Assembly: GCA_027036135.1 (NCBI GenBank)
Contig: JALVSY010000007.1
Location: 1,156,880-1,220,879, forward strand
Direction of reading: 5' to 3'
Source: Pyrodictiaceae archaeon
GTDB lineage: Archaea > Thermoproteota > Thermoprotei_A > Sulfolobales > Pyrodictiaceae
DNA: 64,000 bases
The notes under the pieces were generated by a model that was given only the letters and a program-made list of their open reading frames with translations, did no database searches and was not told the DNA's origin. Of the stretch, positions 40,429 through 50,985 are shown in pieces (the first letter of the stretch is position 1; the number at the start of each line of letters is the position of its first letter). The position numbers and the translations under genes were made by a program.

Positions 40429-41256
40429 CTATATCTCTGCCCTATGCCCAGTCGGCATCACTGCTACCGGGATCTCTGTATAGCAGTCTATTCCCAGCAG
40501 CTTGCATAGTTCTTGGTCATAGAAGGCGCCGATAACCACTGTTGCTAGTCCCAGGGCCTCTGCCACGATATAGATATTCTCTACCACTGCGCCCGTGTCG
40601 ACGTGTATGTAGCGGTAGGCTTTCGCATGGTACTTACTAGCTGTTCTCTGATACATAGCTGTGAGTATTATAGCGGCAGGTGCCTCCGCTACGTGTTCCT
40701 GGCCTAGGCATATCTCGGCTAATTCTCCTAGGTAGCGGCCTCGCCTCATTAGGCATAAGCGATGGGTATCTGGCTCGTAGTGGTAGAGACCAGGTGGGAG
40801 ATCCTCCGCGTTCTCTGCTACGAGGTATGCTTCTACTGGCTGGAGGCCGCCAGCGCACGGATAGCTGCGTAGAGGCCACTCGTTATCCCATCCAGTTATG
40901 CCTACGCCGTAGTAGAGCAGTGTTGCTACCTCCTCTAGGGATAAGGGTGAGCTGCTATAGCTGCGCCTACTCCTCCTACGTCTTATAGCCTCTAGTGCAT
41001 CCATGCCGGATGCTCTCAGCGGCTCTGGTAGCTCGTAGTGCTTTCCGCGGCAGTGCTTGAAGAACCCGGGCCACCTGGGCCTAGGTCTCTCGAGATAGGT
41101 GTCGCGCTTAATCATGGTGGAGTAGTGGTAGAGGGCCGATACGTCTCCGTCCTCTAGGGCTTTCTCTAGTCCCTCAACGAATAAGCGAGCACTTGGACCC
41201 AGTAATCGAATTAGTCTTAGAAGCTTAGCTAGGAGAATACGCTTATCCATAGACAA
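40429..41256 (-). CDS. SagB/ThcOx family nitroreductase-like dehydrogenase
   Basis: RRRSRRSY, RSYPCAGGLQP, GLYHYEP, IGAFYD. Confidence 0.9.
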   Translation of the reverse strand: MSMDKRILLAKLLRLIRLLGPSARLFVEGLEKALEDGDVSALYHYSTMIKRDTYLERPRPRWPGFFKHCRGKHYELPEPLRASGMDALEAIRRRRSRRSYSSSPLSLEEVATLLYYGVGITGWDNEWPLRSYPCAGGLQPVEAYLVAENAEDLPPGLYHYEPDTHRLCLMRRGRYLGELAEICLGQEHVAEAPAAIILTAMYQRTASKYHAKAYRYIHVDTGAVVENIYIVAEALGLATVVIGAFYDQELCKLLGIDCYTEIPVAVMPTGHRAEI

Positions 41257-41351
41257 GGGTATAGCGATCCCCTGGTATCGGGGTAGTGTTGCGCGCCGTA
41301 TTCATCCCTTACCGTGGCTAGTGTCGCTATTTCCTTGGGGCTCTTTTTGAC

Positions 41352-41912
41352 TCATTGTCTCTTTATTAGCTCCTTGGAGGTTTTTGCCTTGGCTTCTTTG
41401 CTGCATAATGCCCAGTGTATCTTGTAGAGCGCGTAGGCTATGCGGGTTAGGGCTTCTGACACGAGTGCCGCTAAGCTGCGGGGCACTGTTCCCTCTTCTA
41501 GCGAGGCGCGGGTAATGCTTCTCTCTGCTGCTCTTAGCCTAGTGGCCGCGAGCATTATGTCGGGGTCCTCGGGTGTACAGCCCGTGAGGCTCCACCCCCA
41601 TGGGTCTTCTAGTCCCTGTTCAGCCTCCTCTACTAGCCTCGTGATCTCCTCCAAGGTGGCTGCTCCGGCGAGGAGTATTGGTATTAGTCTTGTTGCTTGT
41701 TGTAGCTTTTTTAGCCGCTTTGCGAGCCTTGTTTCGCCTCGTTTCTCTAGGCCTAGCCGGGCCCGTGCGAGCAGCGCTTCGGCCTCCTCTATGGAGCCAT
41801 AGGCCTCTATCACTGGGCTGTGCTTCGGTACACGGATGAGCTTGCCAGCTATGTATGCCTCTGTCTCTAGCCCTGCGCAGAGCTGGCGGCGCGTCGTCGC
41901 TGTACTCGGCAC
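41352..41912 (-). CDS. PduO-type ATP:cob(I)alamin adenosyltransferase-like protein
   Basis: RVPKHSPVIEAYGSIEEA and RAAER match the PduO pattern; N-terminal GDxG motif degenerate. Confidence 0.7.
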   Translation of the reverse strand: MPSTATTRRQLCAGLETEAYIAGKLIRVPKHSPVIEAYGSIEEAEALLARARLGLEKRGETRLAKRLKKLQQATRLIPILLAGAATLEEITRLVEEAEQGLEDPWGWSLTGCTPEDPDIMLAATRLRAAERSITRASLEEGTVPRSLAALVSEALTRIAYALYKIHWALCSKEAKAKTSKELIKRQ

Positions 41913-42008
41913 AGGAGACCACGCTCCTAAGTAATACTATATTAGCCTCTGCATAAATATATAGTGTTCCTCAAAGATATGCTTAAGCAGCTCGGTGCTT
42001 AGCCAGTG

Positions 42009-42593
42009 TTAGCCATAATACTCTATGAGCGTATGGAGCCCTTTTATCCCGGAACGCCCAAGCTTAACCCATATTATAAGATCTTCATCCCCGCACCACA
42101 AGGCATTCAGCTTAGCCCCCATGAGCAGGTAAACGTTCTTGCCCCATAACCGGTGCCTTGTCGGAGCACTATACCCTAGTGAGGGACCGTAGGCTTGTAG
42201 AACACCTATTAGCTCGTTGAGAACCGTGCATGGATTCCCAGAGACCCGGCTAGCTATTAACTCGGTTCCGTCACTATAATCTACTATGACGGCGTCCTTG
42301 ACCGGGATTATTGACGGGTTTCCATGAATGGCTAATATTTCCCTTACAGCTTTCTTACCGCTTACTGCCCTTACGGGGGCATATCCTCCTGGAAGACTCG
42401 GCGGATAGGCTAGGCCAGTAGCTTTCTTCTCCAGGTAAAAGTACACTGTGAACGAAGCAATAGCGACAGATAATGCTACTACTATTATTATCCAAGTAAT
42501 TTTCTCGCTTTTCACGATGCAATCTACCCGGGGAACACGGTGAACCCTGCATTGTTTAGTTAGGCATTGCGGCGCAGATATTAGGCTAGGCAC
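42009..42593 (-). CDS. Membrane-anchored hypothetical protein
   Basis: Single N-terminal TM then a soluble domain; start likely near 42514. Confidence 0.65.
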   Translation of the reverse strand: MPSLISAPQCLTKQCRVHRVPRVDCIVKSEKITWIIIVVALSVAIASFTVYFYLEKKATGLAYPPSLPGGYAPVRAVSGKKAVREILAIHGNPSIIPVKDAVIVDYSDGTELIASRVSGNPCTVLNELIGVLQAYGPSLGYSAPTRHRLWGKNVYLLMGAKLNALWCGDEDLIIWVKLGRSGIKGLHTLIEYYG

Positions 42594-42656
42594 CTTATTA
42601 GCTAGGGGGTCGCTTATTTTCTATAAGGATATGAATGGTGATGGGGCTAATTTTTC

Positions 42657-43337
42657 CTAGAGTGTTACCAGCCCAGCCCAGTGGGCTAGTAGTAGCAGTG
42701 CTAGGCTCACGAGGGGCACGCTAATATTGTCGTCTATGAGGCCATGCTTCTCTATAAGCGCGGCAATGAGAGCTGTTAGCGCGCCCACAGCGCCGAACAA
42801 TGCTGCCCCGACCGGAATAGAGACGGCCATGAAGCCAAGGGTGCCGTCCCAGCTCTTTACTCTCCTCCTCTGCCTAATCCCCCTGATTATCCCGGTTATT
42901 CCGTCACCGAAGCTCATCAGGAATAGGGGGAATACTGCTAGCCACACGCTTATGGGCCAGGCGATGAGGACTGCTAGTGACCAGCTCAAGCAGTAGTATA
43001 CCTCGCTTATGTTGCTCGGGTCCTGGAACCAGTACATGAGCCTCCCAGTCCTATGCGGTAGGTAGACGTAGAGTGCTAGCAGCAATCCTAGCAGGAAGGG
43101 AACCCAGGGCTCATGGAACAGGAACGGCACGAGGAGCGCCACGAAGCCTCCTGCGGCCATGTGGATAACCTTCCTAGCTATGTAGATTCCTACTCCCTCG
43201 CCCCACTTCTTGGAGCCAAAGTGATAGCTCCACTTAGCAAGGCCGTGGATCGCGAAGAGAACCCAGCCAGCCAGCGGTATCGATACCAGGAAGTCCCTAA
43301 TGAGTAAGCTGAGGCTCGGAGTATAGGCCTCGAGCAA
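42657..43337 (-). CDS. Dolichol/phytol kinase-like membrane protein (CTP-dependent)
   Basis: RKVIHM, FGDG, KSWDG, DDNISVP motifs. Confidence 0.87.
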   Translation of the reverse strand: MLEAYTPSLSLLIRDFLVSIPLAGWVLFAIHGLAKWSYHFGSKKWGEGVGIYIARKVIHMAAGGFVALLVPFLFHEPWVPFLLGLLLALYVYLPHRTGRLMYWFQDPSNISEVYYCLSWSLAVLIAWPISVWLAVFPLFLMSFGDGITGIIRGIRQRRRVKSWDGTLGFMAVSIPVGAALFGAVGALTALIAALIEKHGLIDDNISVPLVSLALLLLAHWAGLVTL

Positions 43338-43436
43338 CCTAGATCAGCCCTTCACTGCGCAATGGGTGTTATCGTCGTGTACTGTGCTGTTCTGCTCTGG
43401 GGTATTTAAAGGGAGACCTGGGGAAGAGCATAAGAA

Positions 43437-43466
43437 GTTACCTAGGTAACAGATTACCTGGGTAAC
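43437..43466. promoter_or_regulatory. Tandem palindromic sites GTTACCTAGGTAAC and TTACCTGGGTAAC upstream of the ATPase gene
   Basis: Read directly; lie between TATTTAAA (~43403) and the TTG start. Confidence 0.6.
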
Positions 43467-43473
43467 CAGAGAG

Positions 43474-44430
43474 TTGTTGTTCGACCTGCGCCCCAAGGAG
43501 AAGAGGAGCGAGCTATACGACCGCGAAGAGGAGCTAGAGAGGCTCCACCGACTAGCTAGGACCGAGTGGGTAGTGATACTGGGTAGGAGGATGAGCGGTA
43601 AGACGTCGCTCCTAAAGACGTTCCTAAACGAGGTAGACGGGATATACGTTAACCTCTCGGGAGTGAAGAGCATCAAGGGCCTCATAGAGGAGCTTGCACG
43701 GCACATAAGAGACATAAAGCTCTCACTAAGCATAGGGCCCCTAAGCGTTTCCTGGACAAGGCTAGCAGAGGACATATTCTCGCGCCTAGAGGGCAAAGTA
43801 ATAGGGCTCGACGAGGCCCAGGAGCTACCCAGCAACTATGCTCTCAAGCTCTTCAAGAAGATATGGGACACCTATGACGTGAGAATAGTGTTCACCGGCT
43901 CCATGATGGGGCTTCTCCAGCGCCTACTAGAACCAGGCCCAAGCAGCCCCCTCTACGGCAGGCAGCCGGCGAGGATAATGCTGCGCCCCTTTACCAGGGA
44001 GCAGAGCCTAGGCTTTCTCAGGAGAGGCTTCGAGGAGTGCAGAATGAGAATAAGAGAGAGCGAGCTAGAGGAGGCAGTGGAGAGACTCGATGGCTACCCC
44101 GGGTGGCTAACCTACTACGGCAACGCTAGGTGCATCCGAGGCATGGATCACGAGGCAGCGCTCAGCTACGTGTACAACGAGGGTAAGCAAGTGCTCCTCG
44201 AGGAGCTCAAGCGCTTCCTCTCAACTAGGCGAAACCCCGAGCTCTATACTAGGCTTCTACGCCTCCTACCAGCTACGTGGAGCCAGTTGCTAAGAGCGCT
44301 ACAAGTAAACCCTAAGACACTGCGCGACGCACTGAGAAGCCTAGAGGGGGCAATGATTGTTGAGAAGATAGGGAGCACGTACACGATACCCGATCCCGTT
44401 ATGCGTGCACTCGTTTACGAGCTACAGTGA
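43474..44430 (+). CDS. Archaeal ATPase (AAA) with C-terminal winged helix
   Basis: LFDLRPKE, GRRMSGKTS, LDEAQ, FTGS, DGYPGWL, YTIPDP. Confidence 0.9.
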   Translation: MLFDLRPKEKRSELYDREEELERLHRLARTEWVVILGRRMSGKTSLLKTFLNEVDGIYVNLSGVKSIKGLIEELARHIRDIKLSLSIGPLSVSWTRLAEDIFSRLEGKVIGLDEAQELPSNYALKLFKKIWDTYDVRIVFTGSMMGLLQRLLEPGPSSPLYGRQPARIMLRPFTREQSLGFLRRGFEECRMRIRESELEEAVERLDGYPGWLTYYGNARCIRGMDHEAALSYVYNEGKQVLLEELKRFLSTRRNPELYTRLLRLLPATWSQLLRALQVNPKTLRDALRSLEGAMIVEKIGSTYTIPDPVMRALVYELQ

Positions 44431-45300
44431 CCTGGTATCCATGCTCCACTTCTTCACGAGGCGACTTAGTCCCCGGAACCCATAGCCAGCCTTAACGAGC
44501 CGGAGCACCCGGTCCCGGCTCTCAGGGGATATGTAGCTACCACCTATTACGTGGAAGCCAAGGAGACGAGCACTCAGTGGGTGAAAGCTACTCGTTGGAC
44601 CAACAACACTCACTAGCTTGGGCTCAGCGTGCAGGAGCGCAGCCCAGAGCCTGGGGTCAACGAGACTAGCGCCTGTGGCCACGACCTTGTCGAAGGCGTC
44701 AAGCTCCACTAGGAGCTGGTTACCAGGCCTAGCCTCTAAGCCGCGCTCAGAGGCCTCACGCCTATGAACAGGGTTATCCTCGTATAACACGACGTTCTCC
44801 CTGCCAACGCTCTCAGCAATTATATCAGCTACTCTGTGGACATACCCGATAATAGCGACTCTCTCCCCCGGCTCCAGGCTCAACAATTCTATAAAGTCGC
44901 AATCAAAACAGACAGCCCCAGGATCATCATCTATTACAGCGTTCATGGCGGCATTGGCAGCTGCGAGGGCCAGGGAGGAGAGCAGTGGGTGCTGCCAAGC
45001 AAGCCCCATAAGCTCGCCTAGGGTATGATCCCCGAGAACCTCCTCTGGGAGAGGAGCATCACCAGTAGCGAACGCGATGCCTACGTGACCAGCCTCGGTC
45101 ACCACGTATACCCATTTCCTAGCAAGCCCAGCCTCATGTACAACAAGGGAGGCATAGCTAGACAAGCGCCCAGTAAACGGGGACAACAATGCCTCGGCAA
45201 GCGTGGTTCTCTCGCCCCAGCGCGGACGAGGAGCACAAGATAAGCCCAAGTCACGGCTAGGCAACGACCAGCACCTACAGGGAGGAGAGTCAAGCTGCAA
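44422..45300 (-). CDS. DUF364 Rossmann-like domain protein
   Basis: LAAANA, VAIIGY, ATGASLV, VGPTSS; start uncertain. Confidence 0.8.
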   Translation of the reverse strand: MQLDSPPCRCWSLPSRDLGLSCAPRPRWGERTTLAEALLSPFTGRLSSYASLVVHEAGLARKWVYVVTEAGHVGIAFATGDAPLPEEVLGDHTLGELMGLAWQHPLLSSLALAAANAAMNAVIDDDPGAVCFDCDFIELLSLEPGERVAIIGYVHRVADIIAESVGRENVVLYEDNPVHRREASERGLEARPGNQLLVELDAFDKVVATGASLVDPRLWAALLHAEPKLVSVVGPTSSFHPLSARLLGFHVIGGSYISPESRDRVLRLVKAGYGFRGLSRLVKKWSMDTRSL

Positions 45301-45365
45301 GGCTATTAGGCCTTACTCGTGGAGCGAGCACCGAGTTCATATAGGTCAAGGTTATCCGATAAGGG

Positions 45366-45854
45366 CTACTCTATATCGAATGGTATCTCTAGTAGCTCCT
45401 TGCTTCGCCTAAACCGTGGCTTACCCAGCCTTATGCGCCCGATACAACCAGTTGTCTCTGTGTGCTCCTTGTTACACGCGTTGATGTTCCAGATAGAGCC
45501 GTCAATATCCCTTATAACTACTATGCTGAGCTCTCGCACCTCTGGCGGGACTGGGAACAAGTCATAGATGTCGTTGCCGAAGCGCTGCTCAGCCACCTCT
45601 CTTGGGAGCACTAGTACCTCTACTCCTAGGTTCTTCTCAACAGCCTCGTTAGCTAAGCGCTCTATCTCCTCTATCTCCTCCCTAGTGGGTTTGCGATTAA
45701 ACTTTACAACAAGCCTGCCATGGCTCCCATTGACGTAGGTGGAGGCTGTCCACTTAGCCGCCTCGCCTAGGACGCGGACAACAGCGCCCTTAACCACGTG
45801 GAGCGCGGTATGAGTCCTAACCTCCACCGGGTACTCACGCGGACAAGAAGCCAC
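45366..45854 (-). CDS. alaX: Alanyl-tRNA editing protein AlaX-S
   Basis: [10 protein letters not shown] and NACNKEH zinc motifs; GGAGGTG RBS before GTG 45854. Confidence 0.92.
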   Translation of the reverse strand: MASCPREYPVEVRTHTALHVVKGAVVRVLGEAAKWTASTYVNGSHGRLVVKFNRKPTREEIEEIERLANEAVEKNLGVEVLVLPREVAEQRFGNDIYDLFPVPPEVRELSIVVIRDIDGSIWNINACNKEHTETTGCIGRIRLGKPRFRRSKELLEIPFDIE

Positions 45855-45980
45855 GAGAGGCACCTCCCAGTACCCCCTATACGGATAGCGCAGCGATAAA
45901 TAACGAGATAAGCCACGAGGAGAATATTTCTTCCCGTATCCAGTGTGGCGGCGAGAATGTGTAGTGGTGGTGCCGGCGCA

Positions 45981-46692
45981 ATGGGTGTAGAGCTGCTCCG
46001 TGTAGAGAATATTGTTGAGTGCAGAGTGGTTGAGCGGCTTAACCGCTTCGTGGCCCTCGTTGAGAGGAACGGCTTGGAGAAGGCCCATATAAACAACACT
46101 GGTAGCCTAAGAGGAGTACTGGTAAAGGGTAGAAGGGGGTATTGTATCCCTCGGAGAGGCGGCAAGACAAGGTACCGCCTAGTAGCAATAGAGTGCCCCG
46201 GGTACCACAAGGCAGCGCTCATAGATACCTGGCTCCAGATGCGCGGCTTCGAGATAAGCGTTGAGAACAATTACTTGCCATGGCTAAGGGGCTGCAGGGT
46301 TGCCAAGAGGAACCCGAGGGCTGGCTCCTCGCTACTAGGACTACCTCCTCGAGTGCAGCGGACAAGAGGTCTACGCCGAGATAAAGAGCGCGACCCTCCG
46401 GCTCCCCGGGGACAAGGCCTCCTATCCGGAGCCCGCAAGCCTGCGGGGCAGGAGACACGTAGAGGAGTTAACGAGGCTAGCTTTACAAGGCACAAGGGCC
46501 CTACTAGTCTTCATAGCTGGTATACCCGGCGCGAAGGGCTTCAGGATAAACGAGGAGGCCGACCCACTGCTCCCAGAGCTACTAGAGAACGCGGTAAGGG
46601 CAGGAGTAACCGTGAAAGCCTTGTCAATGACGTATAATCCGGAGGATAGCAGTGTTGTCCTCGATAACCCCGACCTCGCGATGGATCCCTAG
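45981..46692 (+). CDS. sfsA: DNA/RNA nuclease SfsA, frameshifted near 46338
   Basis: [13 protein letters not shown]; after a one-base shift DYLLEC...AEIKSATL...YPEP...GRRHVEEL through to TAG 46692. Confidence 0.88.
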
Positions 46693-46854
46693 CTTTTGCT
46701 TTGTCTTCATCCTAGGCTCCTGTCTCTGGGCCATATTCTTGCCTGGCTACGCGGGCATTATTCCCTAATTACTCCTAAGCCTTATTAACACGCGTTGAAC
46801 AGGGAGGCTTTCTCGGTAGGACGGACTAGCCCGGCTAAGAGGTGAGAGGAGCCT

Positions 46855-47319
46855 TTGACGCATCTATCCCCGGGCCAAGAGGCACCCGACTTCGAGGCAG
46901 TACTCCATACCGGTGAGAAGATAAGGCTAAGCGATCTACGAGGCAAGATAGTTGTTCTCTACTTCTACCCACGCGCTATGACTAGCGGGTGCACGAGAGA
47001 GGCAATGAGGTTCAACGAGCTACTAGACGAGTTAGAGAAACTAGGAGCCATAGTACTCGGTGCCTCAACGGATCCCGTTGAGAGGAATAAGAGGTTCGCA
47101 GAGAAGCTGGGGCTGCGCTTCAAGCTAATAAGCGACCCAGAGGGCGAGATAGCGAGGCTTTACGGCGTACTCAAAGAAGGTACCAAGAGGCCTAGCGCAC
47201 AGAGAGTAACCTTTGTGATTGACCCAGAGGGTAGAATAGTTGAAGTGATAAAGGTTAGGCCGGCGGAGAAGCACGCCGACAGGGCACTGGAAGTGGTGAA
47301 GAAGCTGACTAGTGCATAA
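46855..47319 (+). CDS. bcp: Peroxiredoxin, BCP/PrxQ family
   Basis: YFYPRAMTSGCTREA, RVTFVID. Confidence 0.93.
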   Translation: MTHLSPGQEAPDFEAVLHTGEKIRLSDLRGKIVVLYFYPRAMTSGCTREAMRFNELLDELEKLGAIVLGASTDPVERNKRFAEKLGLRFKLISDPEGEIARLYGVLKEGTKRPSAQRVTFVIDPEGRIVEVIKVRPAEKHADRALEVVKKLTSA

Positions 47320-48097
47320 TGTATACGAGGGCCTTTGTAGCCGGGATAGTCGCGGCGCGCGCAGCGGCGTCACGGCCAAGCATTATGGTTCCATCGTCTC
47401 GCTCGAGGAGGGGCCTCACACTATTCTTCTCAATGAGTATTGTTAGTTTTTCTCTGCTATCCTGGCAGAATATTGTCGCGCGGACGTTTGGTACCTGGAG
47501 TATCTCTGCTGCTATATCAGCGCACGTGGTCTCGGGCTTATCGAACATTATCCTATCGCCCCTAGCAACGATAGCCATGACTGATAATGGGTTATAGTCC
47601 TCTGATATGTTGCGCAGTGCACGCAGCTTCTCCTCAATAACAGCCGGAGCGGGAGCAGGGGACAAGGTAGGTGCTGGAGCAGCAGGGGAAGTAGCTGATG
47701 CACTCTGTACTGGCGCCTCTAGCGTCGGTGCAAGTAGTTCTATCAAGTCCTTTATCGCCTCCACGCCCTTTGCTAGTAGTGTTGCTGGCTCGGCTCCGAA
47801 GTCCAGGGTAGTCTCCGCCCTGGTAAGCTCAACTATCTCTATGGTTCCTCTTCGCTGGAGCACTCTCCGTGCAAGCTCGGTGATGCACTCCTCGCCCCGG
47901 GCATACCTGCCGCCGAGATCTGCTAGGCAACCAGCCCTACCATCATCAGAGACCTCTAGCATAAAGAGTGAGCCATCTGGTACCCTGTAGACGAGCCTAC
48001 CATTGCCTAGTCTTAGTAGCTCTCGTAGAGCATCTACAAACGATATACGGGACGCCTCGCCGCTCCAGAGCCTACGACCCCTCGAGGGATATACCAA
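47309..48097 (-). CDS. Protein with two PATAN/DUF2226-like domains joined by an Ala/Pro linker
   Basis: Pattern helix, G-x-strand-strand-strand, 'GEECI' helix, 'IEIVELT' strand; repeated after the SPAAPAPTLSPAPAP linker (GRDAA...ALVY). Confidence 0.5.
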   Translation of the reverse strand: MVYPSRGRRLWSGEASRISFVDALRELLRLGNGRLVYRVPDGSLFMLEVSDDGRAGCLADLGGRYARGEECITELARRVLQRRGTIEIVELTRAETTLDFGAEPATLLAKGVEAIKDLIELLAPTLEAPVQSASATSPAAPAPTLSPAPAPAVIEEKLRALRNISEDYNPLSVMAIVARGDRIMFDKPETTCADIAAEILQVPNVRATIFCQDSREKLTILIEKNSVRPLLERDDGTIMLGRDAAARAATIPATKALVYIMH

Positions 48098-48173
48098 GAC
48101 CCCACCCTGCTACTACTTCAATAGTTACTAGGCCAGCTTGGTCTAAAACAGTTTTACCCCCTGACGAGGAAGC

Positions 48174-48956
48174 CTACTTAGACTTAGCAACAGCCAGTGC
48201 ATAGCTAACAGCTATCGGTAGGGCACCAGCAACAGCAGCCTCCCCCATGGGGAACTTGAAGATGGCAGCGGCTAGGAAGTATATCACCGCACCAAGAGTA
48301 GCAGCTCCGAGACCGATACCGAGGGGTAGCCTAGGCGCTTCAGCAGCGACAGCCTTCTCCTGCTCCGGTCTCGGTGCAGCCGCAGCCTCCTTGGCGGCTT
48401 CGGCTTCTACGGGCTCTAGGCGCTCCTCTACTAAGCGGAGCCTAGTGCCACAGTTAGGACAAGTCCTTATCGATAGGTCTGCTCCGCAGAACGGGCAGCT
48501 AGCTACACCAAAAGGCACTCTCCTACCACACCGTGGACAAGTCTGCGTAAAGACCTCTAATAGGGCGCCGCACTTGGGGCACTGGAGTGGCTTGCCCTCA
48601 ACTATTCTCCGTACAGGTGCTAGTAGGGCGCTAATCGCGCCCGGCTCCCCCAGTATGGCGACGGTATAGCCCTCACCTATATCCGCTACGAGGAGTGACT
48701 TATCGCGATGACTAGCAAGTATTACTGATGCTTTGCCAGCAAGAGCCCTACTAGTAACAGTCTCAACATATCCTGCTGAGAGAGATGCAAGCTCCTCCGC
48801 GTATGGCTGCATATCTGGGTTAGGGGCCTCCACGCTATACACCAGGCCCTCGTGTGCACCAACAACTATGTCGACTCCATCGACAGCCGCGGCTAGAGTA
48901 ACAATAGCAGTTAGCTTGTTCTCAGGAGTACTCAGCGGAGCAACCTCCATGCCCAC
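48174..48956 (-). CDS. Roadblock/LC7-like + double zinc ribbon + C-terminal membrane anchor
   Basis: DGVDIVVGAHEGLVYS...ELASLSA Roadblock pattern; CPKCG, CPRCG, CPFCG, CPNCG; two C-terminal TMs. Confidence 0.75.
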   Translation of the reverse strand: MGMEVAPLSTPENKLTAIVTLAAAVDGVDIVVGAHEGLVYSVEAPNPDMQPYAEELASLSAGYVETVTSRALAGKASVILASHRDKSLLVADIGEGYTVAILGEPGAISALLAPVRRIVEGKPLQCPKCGALLEVFTQTCPRCGRRVPFGVASCPFCGADLSIRTCPNCGTRLRLVEERLEPVEAEAAKEAAAAPRPEQEKAVAAEAPRLPLGIGLGAATLGAVIYFLAAAIFKFPMGEAAVAGALPIAVSYALAVAKSK

Positions 48957-49070
48957 TACAAGTCCCTCCCACTACCTATTATCCACGAGGGGTGAAAAGC
49001 CTCACGTTTTCTAAAGAAAGAGAGTTCATTAATACGAGGACGTATCGGAGACCTCTGATAATGTCTAGCC

Positions 49071-50114
49071 CTACCTAATACCTATTACGGAGGGAAGCGA
49101 CACCGATGGTACTCTTCTCTTCTCGGCAACGTCCCTCACGAATACCTGGTACATCCCCTTCACGATGTCCTCGCCTAGGCTGCTCCATATATTGTTGAGT
49201 TCGCGGTACTCATTAGCCTCTAGCATGCCGAGTTCGTGCATAGCCTTGGGGGGCCAGGTGGGCTCGTAGCCGCGCTCCTTCTCGTGCTCCACTACCTCTA
49301 GCCAATAATCCATCGTAGCAGCTGGTAGGCCCTGGAATGGCCCCATACCGGTAAACGTGAACGATACGAGCTGGAACCCGTACCAGACAGGTGTCCACAG
49401 TACCCATGAGAGGTACTCCCTTGGGAGCCTCGATGGTATAAGCGGGAGCGGTAGCTCGCTGGGCTCTGGTGCTTTTAGCTCTATTCCAGCTAGGCTAAGG
49501 GAGTCAACGGGCATGTAGTGAGCGTCACGAGCAGGTATAACTGCTAGGGCATAGTCCTCGCTACCCATTATAGCTGCTGTCTCTATGTCGAACAAGTATA
49601 CCCACTTAGAGCCATCAATGGCCCCGTACGCGGTGTTAGCTGTCGTGACATCAACGTGTACTACGTCGGCTAGGTCTAGGCACGCCAATGCCTTGAGAAC
49701 GTCACGGGCCATAGAGATCCTTGTTGAGAGATTGTTCTCGGCTAGATATGCTCTCAGCTCCTCAAAGCTATTAGCTATATCGGCCAGCGTCCGGAAATCC
49801 TCGATATAGCGGAACACAAGGACAGCGCTATCACGGTAAGCCCCCACGGCCACGGGGAAGCCCCTACTCAGTAGGCTCTGAGGTAAACCTCCACAACGAT
49901 GACGAAGCCTCACTAGGCGGCTAAGCATCTCAGCTACTCTCTCAACTGGCTTAGCGAGCTCCGTCTGTTTCTGAGTAAACACCTTCACAACGTACTTCTT
50001 GCCAATTATCCTGGCCTCGTAGATATCTGCTTCGCCGCCACTATCGATCATCTCCCACTCATCGGTATCAGTCTCTACTACGCCCCTATCGTAGAACACG
50101 AGGCTCAGCTTCAA
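49071..50114 (-). CDS. Ser/Thr protein kinase-like (YegI-type)
   Basis: SGGEADIY, VVKVF, VVHVDVTTAN, LFDIE; GGAGGTG RBS before TTG 50114. Confidence 0.82.
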   Translation of the reverse strand: MKLSLVFYDRGVVETDTDEWEMIDSGGEADIYEARIIGKKYVVKVFTQKQTELAKPVERVAEMLSRLVRLRHRCGGLPQSLLSRGFPVAVGAYRDSAVLVFRYIEDFRTLADIANSFEELRAYLAENNLSTRISMARDVLKALACLDLADVVHVDVTTANTAYGAIDGSKWVYLFDIETAAIMGSEDYALAVIPARDAHYMPVDSLSLAGIELKAPEPSELPLPLIPSRLPREYLSWVLWTPVWYGFQLVSFTFTGMGPFQGLPAATMDYWLEVVEHEKERGYEPTWPPKAMHELGMLEANEYRELNNIWSSLGEDIVKGMYQVFVRDVAEKRRVPSVSLPSVIGIR

Positions 50115-50136
50115 CCCCGCTACACCTCCCTCCTGC

Positions 50137-50928
50137 TCAGTACACAGCTGTCTCGCTAAGTCTCTCAACGAAGCGCCTCACAGCCTCCTCCCACTCCTTG
50201 GTTATCCTATCATTCTGGGGTGCATCGATGAACATCTTCTCGTGGTAAGGCGGGTCAACTATGTTCAGTAATCCTCTCTCTTCGAGTACTTTTCTCTGCG
50301 CGTCCCGGAGAAACGAGGCTATTGCTCTGAGGGTCTCGCGGTCAGCGTCTAGCCCGAGAGCTATTGTTGCAAGCCCTATCCGGTTCCGGGGATTAAGGGC
50401 TTGTAGCTTCTCGCGGAGCTCGTTATTAATCCGGTCAGCCTCCTCTAGTACGTCCTCCGGGGTTCTCTTAGTCTCCTTTCCATCTGTGAAGAGGAAGACT
50501 GTCACGTATTTCTCCGAGGGTAGTTCCTTGTCCTCTATATACTCCTCTATAACTCTGCCAGCAGCCTGGAGAGCATCAGCCATCGCTGTCATTCCATAGG
50601 GTCTGTTCTTATTCAGGCTCTCCCTGAAAGCCTTGAGCGCCGGATTGCTCTCAACTACGGGGAAGTACTTCCTCCCATCCCTCTCCACAATGTATACGTC
50701 GTCACTAAACCATACAAACCCTACGCGGAATACTGGGGCCATGCTGCTCCTACTAAGCCTCTGAGTAAGCTTCTCTACTAGCCCGACTAGGTGCTCCCAT
50801 TTGCCTCGATGATCGTATGTCTTAGGCTCGCTCATACTGAGAGAGCGGTCAAGCACAAAGAGAACTAGCACCGTGTAGCTAAGGGGCCTACGCTTCAAGA
50901 CCCTCAACATGCTCGAGGGAATAGCCAT
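50137..50928 (-). CDS. von Willebrand factor A domain protein (TerY-like)
   Basis: MIDAS DRSLSM, GMTAMADAL, LFTDGKE, IALGLDAD. Confidence 0.9.
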   Translation of the reverse strand: MAIPSSMLRVLKRRPLSYTVLVLFVLDRSLSMSEPKTYDHRGKWEHLVGLVEKLTQRLSRSSMAPVFRVGFVWFSDDVYIVERDGRKYFPVVESNPALKAFRESLNKNRPYGMTAMADALQAAGRVIEEYIEDKELPSEKYVTVFLFTDGKETKRTPEDVLEEADRINNELREKLQALNPRNRIGLATIALGLDADRETLRAIASFLRDAQRKVLEERGLLNIVDPPYHEKMFIDAPQNDRITKEWEEAVRRFVERLSETAVY

Positions 50929-50985
50929 GCTGCACGCCTCCTACATTCCCCTACAAGGAATCTAGGGCTATGCGGGGTCTTCTCG

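Noticed and set aside
38668-41256. SagB-like dehydrogenase next to an ABC exporter as a thiazole/oxazole RiPP cluster
   Set aside because: No YcaO cyclodehydratase or precursor peptide nearby; the genes are convergent, and stand-alone SagB-like proteins are common in archaea.
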